IMG/VR virus record: IMGVR_UViG_3300049049_000114
Origin: a virus
DNA: 64,000 nt
Reading direction: 5' to 3' (one strand)
The position numbers and the translations under genes were made by a program. This document shows positions 1-8,966 of this stretch, in pieces. How positions within the stretch are numbered: position 1 is the first letter of the stretch; each line of letters starts with the position of its first letter. The notes beneath the pieces are model-generated. The model was not told the origin of the DNA. It did no database searches and was given only the letters and a program-made list of their open reading frames with translations.

Positions 1-3000
1 CTTCACTGGCCTGGGCATCGTCAAGCGCTTTGCGCGCCAGGGCAAGTCCAACACCCTGATCGTCGTTCCGGACATGAAGATCATGGCCGACTGGGTCGAC
101 TCGGGCCGGGCCCTGGGCCTGACGATCACCCCCCTGGAGAACACGAAGGACGCTGGCAAGGGCATCACCATCACGACCTACGCGAACCTCGGCGACAACG
201 ACGAGCTCGCGCGGCGCGACTGGGATCTCGTGGTGCCCGACGAGGCGCATTCGCTGATGCAGTCGGCCGACGGGGCGCAGACCAAGGCGCTGGACGCGCT
301 GCGGGCGATCACCTGGCACCCGCGCGGCGCCGAAGCGCGGTTCACGATGCTCAACCGCGCGGACATCGACGCCCGCGCCGCGCTGGGCAAGCAGATCGAC
401 GCCAACGACCGGATCCGCAATCTGGACGACACGATGGACGCCCATCGCGACGCCCTCGAAGCCGAGAACCAGACGCTGCGGGCCAAGTGGAGCGTGCTGA
501 ACAAGAAGCTCGAGGCCATCAAGGACGCGATGCGCGAGGAGTGGCCCGCGCGCCAGGGCCATGCGCGCGCTCGCGTGGCCGCACTGTCGGCCACCCCGTT
601 CGCTTACGAGACCACGGTGGACTGGGCTGAGGGCCTGCTGTTCGACTACGCCGAGGGCTACCCGAAGGAGTACGTCAACAGCAGCCGCTACAACACGCCG
701 AGCCCCCGAGACTATTTCTTCATGCAGCACTTCGGCTGGCACATGAAGAACGGCAAGCTCAACCAGCCGGGGCCGAAGGTCGATCGCGGCCTGATGCAGC
801 GGCAGTTCAACGCCTGGCTCAAGAAGCGCAGCGTGCTGTCCGGCCGCCAGCTCGAGGTCGACCCCGACTACGACCGGAAATTCATCCTGGTCGAGTCCGC
901 CATCGGCAACGAGATCGACCGTGCGCTGGAGTGGCTGTCGGAGAAGTCTCGCGAGGAGGATGCAGCCGAGCGCGAGCGGGTAAAGGCCGGTGCCGAGCCG
1001 AGCCACAACGGCTATTCCTTCCTCCACGGCGAGGCCAGCGAGGGCTTCTATGGCCCGCTGGGCCACCTGGTGCGCCGCTACTTCCTCGAGGCGATCAAGG
1101 CCAAGGAGGTGATCCAGCACGTGCGCGAACACCTGGCGCTCGGCCGCAAGGTGGTGGTGTGGCACGACTTCAAGAAGGGCGGGTCGAGCAACCCGTTCGA
1201 CTTCCAGCCGCGCACCGCGCCGGCACCCGGCAGCAATCAGGCCGACGTCCCGGCCGCGCGAGAGGCCTACAACAAGGCCGCGGCCGAGTTCCGCCGCGAG
1301 TTCCCGCTGCTGACGGGCCAGCAGATGCTCACCGATCTGATCTCGCCCATCGAGCGCTTCAAGCGGGAGTTCCCCGACGTGCTGCTCATCAACGGCGACG
1401 AGAAGCAAGCGGACCTGCTCGCGCGCTACAAGCGCTTCAACGATGACGCGGTGGGCCCGGTGGTGGCGCTGGTGCAGTCGGCGAAGAACAAGGGATGGAG
1501 CGGCCACGACACGACGGGCAAGCACCAGCGCGTGCAGTTCAACCTGGGGCTGCCGACGCAGCCGACCATGACGATCCAGCAGGAGGGTCGCACCTACCGC
1601 ACCGGCCAGGTCAGCAACGCGATGTTCCGCTACCTGAACACGGGCACGAACTGGGAGCGATGGGCCTTCGCCAGCACGATTGCCGAGCGCGCCAGCGCGA
1701 CCGAGAACCTGGGCAGCGGCGAACTGGCCCGCGCGCTGAAGGATGCTTTCATCGCCGGCTTCGAGGAGAGCGGCGACTTCCGGGCCGGGCACGAGGGCGA
1801 GGGCACGGGCGGCAAGGAGCGCGATCGCGCGGCCAACAACGCGATCACCGAATTCGACCGCGCCAAGAGCTTCTACTTCGGCACCCAGAAAAAGAACTCG
1901 AAGACCAAGGCGCAGGAGGGCAAGGACTACTTCGCCACGCCCGAGCCGGTGGGGCTGAAGATGGTCCAGTGGCTGGACCTGCGCAGCGGCGAGGACGCGC
2001 TCGAGCCCAGCGCTGGGCACGGCGCCATCGCGCGATGGTTTGCCGAGCTCACCAAGCGCACCGCGATCGAGCCGAGCAACGCGCTGGGCGCACGCCTGGC
2101 GATGGTCTTCGACGGCAAGATCGTCCAAGGGGACTTCGAGGGCCTGCACGTCAGCAACAAGTTCGACGGCATCGCCATGAATCCGCCGTTCGGCGTGGGT
2201 GGCAAGTTGGCGATCGAGCACCTGGCCAAGGCCGCGACGCACGTGCGCGATGGCGGCCGCATCGTGGCTCTGATCCCCACCGGGCCGGCGGCAGACAAGC
2301 GTTTCGACCAGTGGTTCTACGAGGAGCAGACGCGTCCGATCAAGCCGCTGTTGGACCATCCGACGCTGGGCGCGATCTATCGAGGCGACACGGTAAAGAC
2401 CCGCGCCGCTTGGATGCCAGAAGGCAAGGTGGTCAGCCAAAACGGCGGCTACGTGATGCTGCACAAGGCCGGCACCAATCAAGATTCTGGCGTCACGCCG
2501 CAGGCCTTCACAGAGGTTCAACCTACCGGCAAGCGCACCGAGGCCTATCGTCCGGCCGAGGGCTTGCACATGGTGGCCGACATCAAGCTGCCCCAGGTGA
2601 CCTTCGAGCGCGCCGGGACGGCCGTGGCCACCCGCATCGTCGTGCTGGAGAAGCCCGGCGAAGGCCACACGGCGCCGCAGCAGCGCAACATGGACTTCTC
2701 CGACCTCAAGCAGATCGGTGACCTGTTCGATGCGCTCGAGGACGTGGGCATGGACCCGCGCGCAAACCCGCGCCAGCAGCAGGATGAACAGCCGGCTGCG
2801 ACCGAGGTGCGAGCGGACGATCGAGGAGATGCCAAGCAGCAGAAGGCCGAGGCCAAGCAGGCTGGTACCGCGTTGGCCGCCGACCAGGGCATTGCGCTGG
2901 TGGAGCACACGACCGGCAAGGGCAAGGTGCTCAAGGGCGTGGTGCGTACGGACCTCACGCAGACCCAGGCCAAGGAGGTCGACGCCTACACCTTCAAGAA

Positions 3001-6000
3001 GGACGGAGGCTGGTTCATCCGCGCCGAGCATCTGCCCGTGCTGATGGAGAAGTTCCCGCCTGCCGGCAGTGGCCCGGTGCTCAGCCGCGGGCCCGCCTTC
3101 TACTCCGACCTCGCCCGCCAGGTCGAGTCGAGCCCGATGAACGCCGGCACGGCTGGCGCGTGGCTGCAAGCCCTGAAGGGCATGGTGAGCAGCGGCAAGG
3201 TCAAGGCCGACGAACTGGAATGGACCGGCGTGCGCGAGTGGCTGGAACTGCAGCAGGGCAAGGTCACCAAGCAGCAGGTATCGGCCTTCCTGGACGCCAA
3301 TGGCGTGCAGGTCACCGAGACGGTGCTGGCCGAAAAGCCGGCCGCCGATGAGCGCGCCGCGCTGCGCCAGCGCATCGACGAGGCTGGCTTCGAGATCGAG
3401 CAGGACATGGATGGCTCGCTGGTGGCCCTGGTCCGCCGCTCCGACGACATGCTGTTCGACTACAACGGCAAAGAGTGGGTGGCCGAGGAAGACGACGTCG
3501 AACCGATGCCTGCCGGGGTGGCGCGAGACGGAACCCGCTACGGGGCGATGCTGGAGGACATCGCCAACGACCGCGATGCGACGAAGTACGCGCAATACAC
3601 CCTGCCGGGTGGCGAGAACTACCGCGAGATCCTGCTGACGCTGCCAGAGAATCAGCGAGGCGAGATCCCCCCCGGCTACACCTTGATCGATGAGGCCGAA
3701 GAGGCGCGCGCCGATGGATTGGCGGTTCCCGCTGAAGAAGTTGGGCCCTGGCGCTTCCGCGGGCCAAGCCTGAGCAGCCGAAGCTACAAGACCCGTGACG
3801 AAGCACTGGCCGCCCTGCTGAAGGATGCCAAATCAGAGGCGGAAAACGGGGTCGGGATTGGCTCCTACCGCTCCGGCCACTGGGACCAGACCAACGTCCT
3901 CGCTCACTTCCGAGTCAATGACCGCATCGACGCGGAAGGCAAGCGCGTGCTGTTCGTCGAAGAGATCCAGAGCGACTGGGCGCAAGAGGGCAAGAAGAAG
4001 GGGTTCAAGCAAGGCGATCGCACCGAGGGCGGCCAACTGGTCTACGACCCCGACGAGCGCGACCGTGTGCCCCGCGCGCCATTCGTCGGCAAGACAGACG
4101 CATGGGTGGCGCTGGCCATCAAGCGCATCGTCAAGATGGCCGTGGACGAGGGCTATGACCGCGTGGCCTTCGTCAACGGCGAGCAGTCGGCCGATCGGTA
4201 CGACCTGAGCAAGCGGGTGAGCAAGGCGGAATGGACGTTCCTGCCGGCCGATACGCTGGGACAACTCACGGTCTGGGACACCGAGGGCCGCCACATCACC
4301 GATCGAGCAATGAAGCCAGAAGAATTGCCGGACCACATCGGCAAAGAGGCGGCCGATCGACTGCTGAAAGCCCCGTCAGACAACGGCACTCGCATGATCG
4401 ATGGTGACGGCCTCAAGGTCGGTGGCGAGGGCATGCGCGCCTTCTACGACAAGATCGTCCCGGCCGTGGCCAAGGACGTTGTGCGCAAGCTCGGCGGCGG
4501 CGGTGCGGCGACCACGGTCAATTTCTTCCCAAAGCGCGTTGGCGATGCAACGAGCCAGCCAGGCTTCGACATCACCCCGGCCATGCGGGAGAAGGCCGCC
4601 GCCGGCGTGCCGCTGTTCAAGCGCGGCGCCAGCGCCGGCTTCACCCTGGACCAGGCCAAGAAGGTCGCCGGCCAGCTCGAAGGCATGGGCGTGCGCCAGA
4701 TCAACGTGGTCGAGTCGGTGGCCGACATGCCGGCCGAGCGGCGCGACGCCATCCTGGCTAAGGACAAGAACGGCCAGGCGCGCGGCGCCTACTTCCCGAC
4801 CGAGGACGAGGTCTGGGTCGTATCGAGCAACCTGCGCAACGCCGACGACATGGTGTTCGTCGTGCTGCACGAGGCCTTCCACCGGGGCCTGCAGGTCACC
4901 TTCGGCGCCGAGGGCGGCAAGCTGCTGCGCCAGATCTACGCGACCAACGCCAAGGTGCGCGCGCTGGCCGACGAGAACATTCGCCGCTGGGGCATCGGCA
5001 AGGAAGAGGCCGTCAATGAAGCGCTGGCGGACCTTGCCGGCAAGGGCGAGGCAAAGCACCTTCGGGGGTGGAACCGGCTGCTGAAGATGATCCGCGACTG
5101 GCTGGGCAAGATCGGCGACGCCCTGGGTATCCACCTGAACTACACCGATGAAATGGTCGAGTCGCTGGTGGCCGGGTTGACGCGGGCGGGCCTGCAAGAT
5201 GGCCCATCGGTAACGCTGGAGGACGGCCCGCTGCGAAGCGTGCCGAAGCAGACCGAGACGCCCGCCTTTCAACGATGGTTCGGCGACAGCAAGGTGGTGG
5301 ACGCCAATGGCGAGCCGCTGGTGGTGTACCACGCATCGCCGAATGGCGACATTGCCGAGTTCAAGTCAAGCGACGACGGCGAGCTTGGCCCTGGCATCTA
5401 CCTGACTGGATCGCGCGACTACTTGCGTGGCTACACGAACTACATCACCCAAACGTCGGAGCAGCCTCAGCACGCCGAGCGCACGGCCACCGTTTACCCC
5501 GTCTATGTGTCGCTGCGCAATCCGCTGATCCTGAAGGGCGAGAGCGCGCAACAGAAGTTCAAGGTACAGACCGGCGGGAAGTCGTCGCGCCTCATGGCCG
5601 TGCTGAAGAAAATCGGCCACGATGGCATCGTCAAGTACGACCTGGACGGACGTGAGATTGAGCAAGTCGTTGCCTTCCGCCCAGACCAGATCAAGAGCGC
5701 CATCGGCAACAACGGCAAGTTCGATCCGAACGAGTCGAGCATCTTGCTCAGCCGCGGGCCCCAGCACACGCCCGAGCAAGCCGCGGCCATGGCCAAGGCC
5801 GGCATGGGTGGGCCGCGCACGCTCAAGGGCAAGCTGCAGCGCTACTACGCCGCGGCCATGACCACGCTGCACGACCGCCACGCGCTGGCGCTCGAGACCC
5901 GCCAGGGCCTGCTGGACCAGTTCGCCGGCATCCAGAACGCGGTGCAGCGGGACGTGGGCAACCTGCCGACCGAGCAGGACCCCTACATTTCCGTCCGGCT

Positions 6001-8428
6001 TGCCAACGGCGGGACGAGCTCGGTGATGCGCGCCCTGATGCTGCACGGGCAGGCCCGCTGGGCGGCCAACGGCCAGCACCTGGAGAAGGTCGACGGCACC
6101 AAGGGGCTGCTGGACATCCTGGCGCCCCTGGGCGAGGACCTGAACGACTGGTTCGGCTGGATGATTGGCAACCGCGCGGCGCGCCTTGCGGCCGAGGGGC
6201 GCGAGCGCAACCTGACCAAGGACGACATCCTGGCGCTGCAGTCGCTGGCCACGCCGGCGAACCTGGCGAAGTTCAAGCAGGCCGCCGTCGAGTACGCCGC
6301 CTTCAAGCGCTCGGTGCTGGACGTGGCCGAGGCTGCTGGCCTGATCAACCCGGACACCCGCAAGGCCTGGGACTACGCCGACTACATCCCGTTCTACCGG
6401 CAGATCGACGAGCGCAGCACCTTCAGCCCCACGGGCCGCAAGGGCCTGGCCGGGCAGTCGTCGGGGATCCGCACCCTCAAGGGCGGCGAGTCGGCGCTGA
6501 ACGATCCGATGGAGAACCTGCTGATGAATTTCAGCCGGCTCATCGACGCCAGCCTCAAGAACAACGCACTGCGCAAGACGATCGACGTCCTCGAGGCGGC
6601 TGACAGCCAGGCCGTGCACAAGGTCGGCTACGACATGACGCCCGAGATCCTGCCGGCCGAGCAGATCAGGAAGCGGCTCGAGGACGCCGGCACGCCGCAA
6701 CAGGTGATCGACGTCATCCCGCCCGAGGCCTTCGAGGGCATGGCGAAAATGTGGGCCATCCAGGCGCCCAGCGACCCCGAGGTGGTGCGCGTGATGGTGG
6801 GCGGCAAGCCGCAGTTCTACCGGGTGGACGACCCGGTGCTGCTGCGCTCGCTGACCAGCTTCGTCCCCTTCGACTTCCCGGGCCTGGGGATCATGCGGTG
6901 GTTCAAGCGCCTGCTCACCAGCACGGTCACGGCCGCCCCGGATTTCGTGGCGCGCAACTTCATCCGCGACTCGGCAGCGAGCCAGATGATCACCCGCGAC
7001 GGGTTCAACCCGGGCAAGTCCTTCAAGGGCATCGTGTCGTCCATGCGGGAGACTGGCGGCTTCGAGGTGATGCTGTTCGCCGGCGCGAGCTTCCAGAGCG
7101 GCAACATCAACGCGGCCGACCCGACCAGCACTGGACGGGCCATACGCCGCGCGCTGCGCCGCAAGGGGATCTCGGGCGCCTCGGCGGACCAGTTCCTGGC
7201 CACGGTGCTCGATACGCCGGTCAAGTTCTGGGAGAAGTACCGGCACTTCTCCGAGGCGATCGAGAACGCCAACCGGGAAGCGGTCTTCGAGGCCGCCACC
7301 AACGCCGGCAAGAGCCCAACGGCGGCCGCCTTCGAGGCCAAGGACCTGATGGACTTCAGCCTGCGCGGGTCGTGGGCCGCCTACCAGCTCCTGGCCGACG
7401 TGGTGCCGTTCCTCAATGCCCGGGTGCAGGGCCTGTACCGCCTGGGCCGCACGGACAAGCGGCGCCTGGTGGCGGTTGGCCTGATGATGACCGCGGCCAG
7501 CCTGCTGCTCGCCTACGCCAACGGCGGGGACGACGACTACGAAGCGCTGCCCGACTGGGACAAGGACACCTACTGGCACTTCTGGATCAAGGGCGAGCAC
7601 TTCCGCCTTCCCAAGCCCTTCGAGCTCGGCGTGGCCTTCGCCACCATCCCCGAGCGGGTGATGCGCTACGCCATGGGCCAGGACAGCGGCCGCAAGCTGG
7701 CCGGCCGGACCTGGGCCAACCTGCGCGACCAGCTCGCCTTCGACCCGGTGCCGCAGATGATCCGGCCGGTGCTCAACGTCTGGGCCAACAAGGACACGTT
7801 CCGGGACGCGCCGATCGAGAACCAGAGCGACGAGGGCAAGCCGCCGCACCTGCGCTTCGGCTCGAGCACGTCGCCGACGGCGCGGGAAGCCCTGGGCCTG
7901 GCCGCACCGCTGACCGACCCGGTGGGGCTCAGCCCGAAGCGCCTGGAGTACCTGGTCAACGCCTACACCGGCGCGGCTGGCATGTACGCCCTTGCCCTGG
8001 GGGATGCCGCGGTGCGGCGGATCCTGGACGAGGCGCCGCAGCCGTCCATGCGCTGGGATGACGTGCCTGTGGTTAAGGCCTTCTACCGGGTCGACCCTGG
8101 CCGGTCCACGGTCTGGGAAAGCGACCTGTACGCGATGCGCGAGGCGGCCGACGAGATCCACGCAGGCGTGCAGGCACTCAAGCGCGAGGGGGCGCTGGAC
8201 AAGGCTCAGGCGCTGGAAGAGGAGAACCTGGCCAAGCTGCGGGCCCGCACGGTGCTCGACGATGCCGGCCGGCGCCTGCGCCTGCTGAACAAGCGCCGGG
8301 ACATGATCTACGGCAGCCGGACGATGGGGAAGGACGAGAAGCGGGCCCAACTCGACGAGGTCGCCAAGCTGCGCGCCGAGGTGGCGCGCAAGGCCGTGGA
8401 GCACCCGGCCGTCAAGGAGGCCTTCTAG
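1..8428 (+). CDS. Giant polyvalent (DarB-like) virion/ejection protein, 5'-truncated: SF2 helicase + N6-adenine MTase + uncharacterised domains + zincin metallopeptidase + ART-like + LPD38-like C-terminus
   Basis: Frame is open from position 2 (FTGLGIVKRF, just after the expected Walker A). Motifs: VVPDEAH (~239), QQEGRTYR, EPSAGHG (~2003), NPPF (~2180), EEIQSDW (~3960), HEAFH (~4868), FQRWFGDSKVVDANGEPLVVYH...GIYLT (~5270-5730), YEALPDWDKDTYWH...PKPFELG (~7540-7630). Confidence 0.85.
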   Translation, partial: FTGLGIVKRFARQGKSNTLIVVPDMKIMADWVDSGRALGLTITPLENTKDAGKGITITTYANLGDNDELARRDWDLVVPDEAHSLMQSADGAQTKALDALRAITWHPRGAEARFTMLNRADIDARAALGKQIDANDRIRNLDDTMDAHRDALEAENQTLRAKWSVLNKKLEAIKDAMREEWPARQGHARARVAALSATPFAYETTVDWAEGLLFDYAEGYPKEYVNSSRYNTPSPRDYFFMQHFGWHMKNGKLNQPGPKVDRGLMQRQFNAWLKKRSVLSGRQLEVDPDYDRKFILVESAIGNEIDRALEWLSEKSREEDAAERERVKAGAEPSHNGYSFLHGEASEGFYGPLGHLVRRYFLEAIKAKEVIQHVREHLALGRKVVVWHDFKKGGSSNPFDFQPRTAPAPGSNQADVPAAREAYNKAAAEFRREFPLLTGQQMLTDLISPIERFKREFPDVLLINGDEKQADLLARYKRFNDDAVGPVVALVQSAKNKGWSGHDTTGKHQRVQFNLGLPTQPTMTIQQEGRTYRTGQVSNAMFRYLNTGTNWERWAFASTIAERASATENLGSGELARALKDAFIAGFEESGDFRAGHEGEGTGGKERDRAANNAITEFDRAKSFYFGTQKKNSKTKAQEGKDYFATPEPVGLKMVQWLDLRSGEDALEPSAGHGAIARWFAELTKRTAIEPSNALGARLAMVFDGKIVQGDFEGLHVSNKFDGIAMNPPFGVGGKLAIEHLAKAATHVRDGGRIVALIPTGPAADKRFDQWFYEEQTRPIKPLLDHPTLGAIYRGDTVKTRAAWMPEGKVVSQNGGYVMLHKAGTNQDSGVTPQAFTEVQPTGKRTEAYRPAEGLHMVADIKLPQVTFERAGTAVATRIVVLEKPGEGHTAPQQRNMDFSDLKQIGDLFDALEDVGMDPRANPRQQQDEQPAATEVRADDRGDAKQQKAEAKQAGTALAADQGIALVEHTTGKGKVLKGVVRTDLTQTQAKEVDAYTFKKDGGWFIRAEHLPVLMEKFPPAGSGPVLSRGPAFYSDLARQVESSPMNAGTAGAWLQALKGMVSSGKVKADELEWTGVREWLELQQGKVTKQQVSAFLDANGVQVTETVLAEKPAADERAALRQRIDEAGFEIEQDMDGSLVALVRRSDDMLFDYNGKEWVAEEDDVEPMPAGVARDGTRYGAMLEDIANDRDATKYAQYTLPGGENYREILLTLPENQRGEIPPGYTLIDEAEEARADGLAVPAEEVGPWRFRGPSLSSRSYKTRDEALAALLKDAKSEAENGVGIGSYRSGHWDQTNVLAHFRVNDRIDAEGKRVLFVEEIQSDWAQEGKKKGFKQGDRTEGGQLVYDPDERDRVPRAPFVGKTDAWVALAIKRIVKMAVDEGYDRVAFVNGEQSADRYDLSKRVSKAEWTFLPADTLGQLTVWDTEGRHITDRAMKPEELPDHIGKEAADRLLKAPSDNGTRMIDGDGLKVGGEGMRAFYDKIVPAVAKDVVRKLGGGGAATTVNFFPKRVGDATSQPGFDITPAMREKAAAGVPLFKRGASAGFTLDQAKKVAGQLEGMGVRQINVVESVADMPAERRDAILAKDKNGQARGAYFPTEDEVWVVSSNLRNADDMVFVVLHEAFHRGLQVTFGAEGGKLLRQIYATNAKVRALADENIRRWGIGKEEAVNEALADLAGKGEAKHLRGWNRLLKMIRDWLGKIGDALGIHLNYTDEMVESLVAGLTRAGLQDGPSVTLEDGPLRSVPKQTETPAFQRWFGDSKVVDANGEPLVVYHASPNGDIAEFKSSDDGELGPGIYLTGSRDYLRGYTNYITQTSEQPQHAERTATVYPVYVSLRNPLILKGESAQQKFKVQTGGKSSRLMAVLKKIGHDGIVKYDLDGREIEQVVAFRPDQIKSAIGNNGKFDPNESSILLSRGPQHTPEQAAAMAKAGMGGPRTLKGKLQRYYAAAMTTLHDRHALALETRQGLLDQFAGIQNAVQRDVGNLPTEQDPYISVRLANGGTSSVMRALMLHGQARWAANGQHLEKVDGTKGLLDILAPLGEDLNDWFGWMIGNRAARLAAEGRERNLTKDDILALQSLATPANLAKFKQAAVEYAAFKRSVLDVAEAAGLINPDTRKAWDYADYIPFYRQIDERSTFSPTGRKGLAGQSSGIRTLKGGESALNDPMENLLMNFSRLIDASLKNNALRKTIDVLEAADSQAVHKVGYDMTPEILPAEQIRKRLEDAGTPQQVIDVIPPEAFEGMAKMWAIQAPSDPEVVRVMVGGKPQFYRVDDPVLLRSLTSFVPFDFPGLGIMRWFKRLLTSTVTAAPDFVARNFIRDSAASQMITRDGFNPGKSFKGIVSSMRETGGFEVMLFAGASFQSGNINAADPTSTGRAIRRALRRKGISGASADQFLATVLDTPVKFWEKYRHFSEAIENANREAVFEAATNAGKSPTAAAFEAKDLMDFSLRGSWAAYQLLADVVPFLNARVQGLYRLGRTDKRRLVAVGLMMTAASLLLAYANGGDDDYEALPDWDKDTYWHFWIKGEHFRLPKPFELGVAFATIPERVMRYAMGQDSGRKLAGRTWANLRDQLAFDPVPQMIRPVLNVWANKDTFRDAPIENQSDEGKPPHLRFGSSTSPTAREALGLAAPLTDPVGLSPKRLEYLVNAYTGAAGMYALALGDAAVRRILDEAPQPSMRWDDVPVVKAFYRVDPGRSTVWESDLYAMREAADEIHAGVQALKREGALDKAQALEEENLAKLRARTVLDDAGRRLRLLNKRRDMIYGSRTMGKDEKRAQLDEVAKLRAEVARKAVEHPAVKEAF

Positions 8429-8637
8429 GCCAGCCGCTCCCAGGCGAACCGGACGATCATCGCGATCGCGCCGGCGCCGCCCAGGAGCATGAGCGCGGTG
8501 GTGAAGCGGTCTTCGGTTCGCCCGGGGACGCCGATCCACGCGCCCGCTGCAATCAGCGCCAGCCCGGCCGGGAGGCCCGGCGTGGCCAGCAGCAGCAATC
8601 CAACCACGATCATCCCCAGGACCAGCACGGCGCGCAT
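8425..8637 (-). CDS. Small two-TM membrane protein next to att
   Basis: MRAVLVLGMIVVGLLLLATPG..., 70 aa and hydrophobic; its stop overlaps the giant-gene stop. Confidence 0.6.
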   Translation of the reverse strand: MRAVLVLGMIVVGLLLLATPGLPAGLALIAAGAWIGVPGRTEDRFTTALMLLGGAGAIAMIVRFAWERLA

Positions 8638-8745
8638 GCCCGGATTGTGTCCGCCCTGCCGCCGAAGTTCCACGCCGGCAGGGTCGGAATGCACCCCTGC
8701 TGACGGTATAGTGCGGTGCCTTGCGGTGCTCTGTTCTCCCGCGAA

Positions 8746-8955
8746 ACTCCGGCAGACCGGCCTGCAACCCGCATGAATCCTCATGTCCAGGTGCCGGCCC
8801 CGGGCACCATGTCAGTGCAACGCGCAGGCCCGCCACGGGGCGTGCAGCACCGCATTTGCCCCGCGAAACGTTCCACGGGAAACCCGCACTGCACCTCGTA
8901 ACGTAGCATTGCGCCGCATCAGTACTCCGGCAAACGGCCGGCAGCAACTCCGGCA
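8746..8955 (+). repeat. Three ACTCCGGCA direct repeats, probable integrase arm-type sites
   Basis: Exact copies at 8746-8754, 8924-8932 and 8947-8955, on both sides of the putative core. Confidence 0.6.
8794..8809 (+). other. Putative attP core resembling a tRNA 3' end (tRNA-Leu-like)
   Basis: CCGGCCCCGGGCACCA ends in CCA and resembles the 3' T-stem/acceptor half of proteobacterial tRNA-Leu. There is no matching tRNA 5' half. It lies ~160 bp upstream of int. Confidence 0.6.
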
Positions 8956-8966
8956 AAGGACGAGGG

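Noticed and set aside
2718-3044. Second nested ORF candidate in the giant gene
   Set aside because: R/P/S-rich frameshift-like composition, without the codon-bias switch seen at 63688-63897.
8720-8809. Possible intact tRNA gene ending in CCA
   Set aside because: No complementary 5' acceptor strand, D-arm or TTCGA loop; treated as an att core only.
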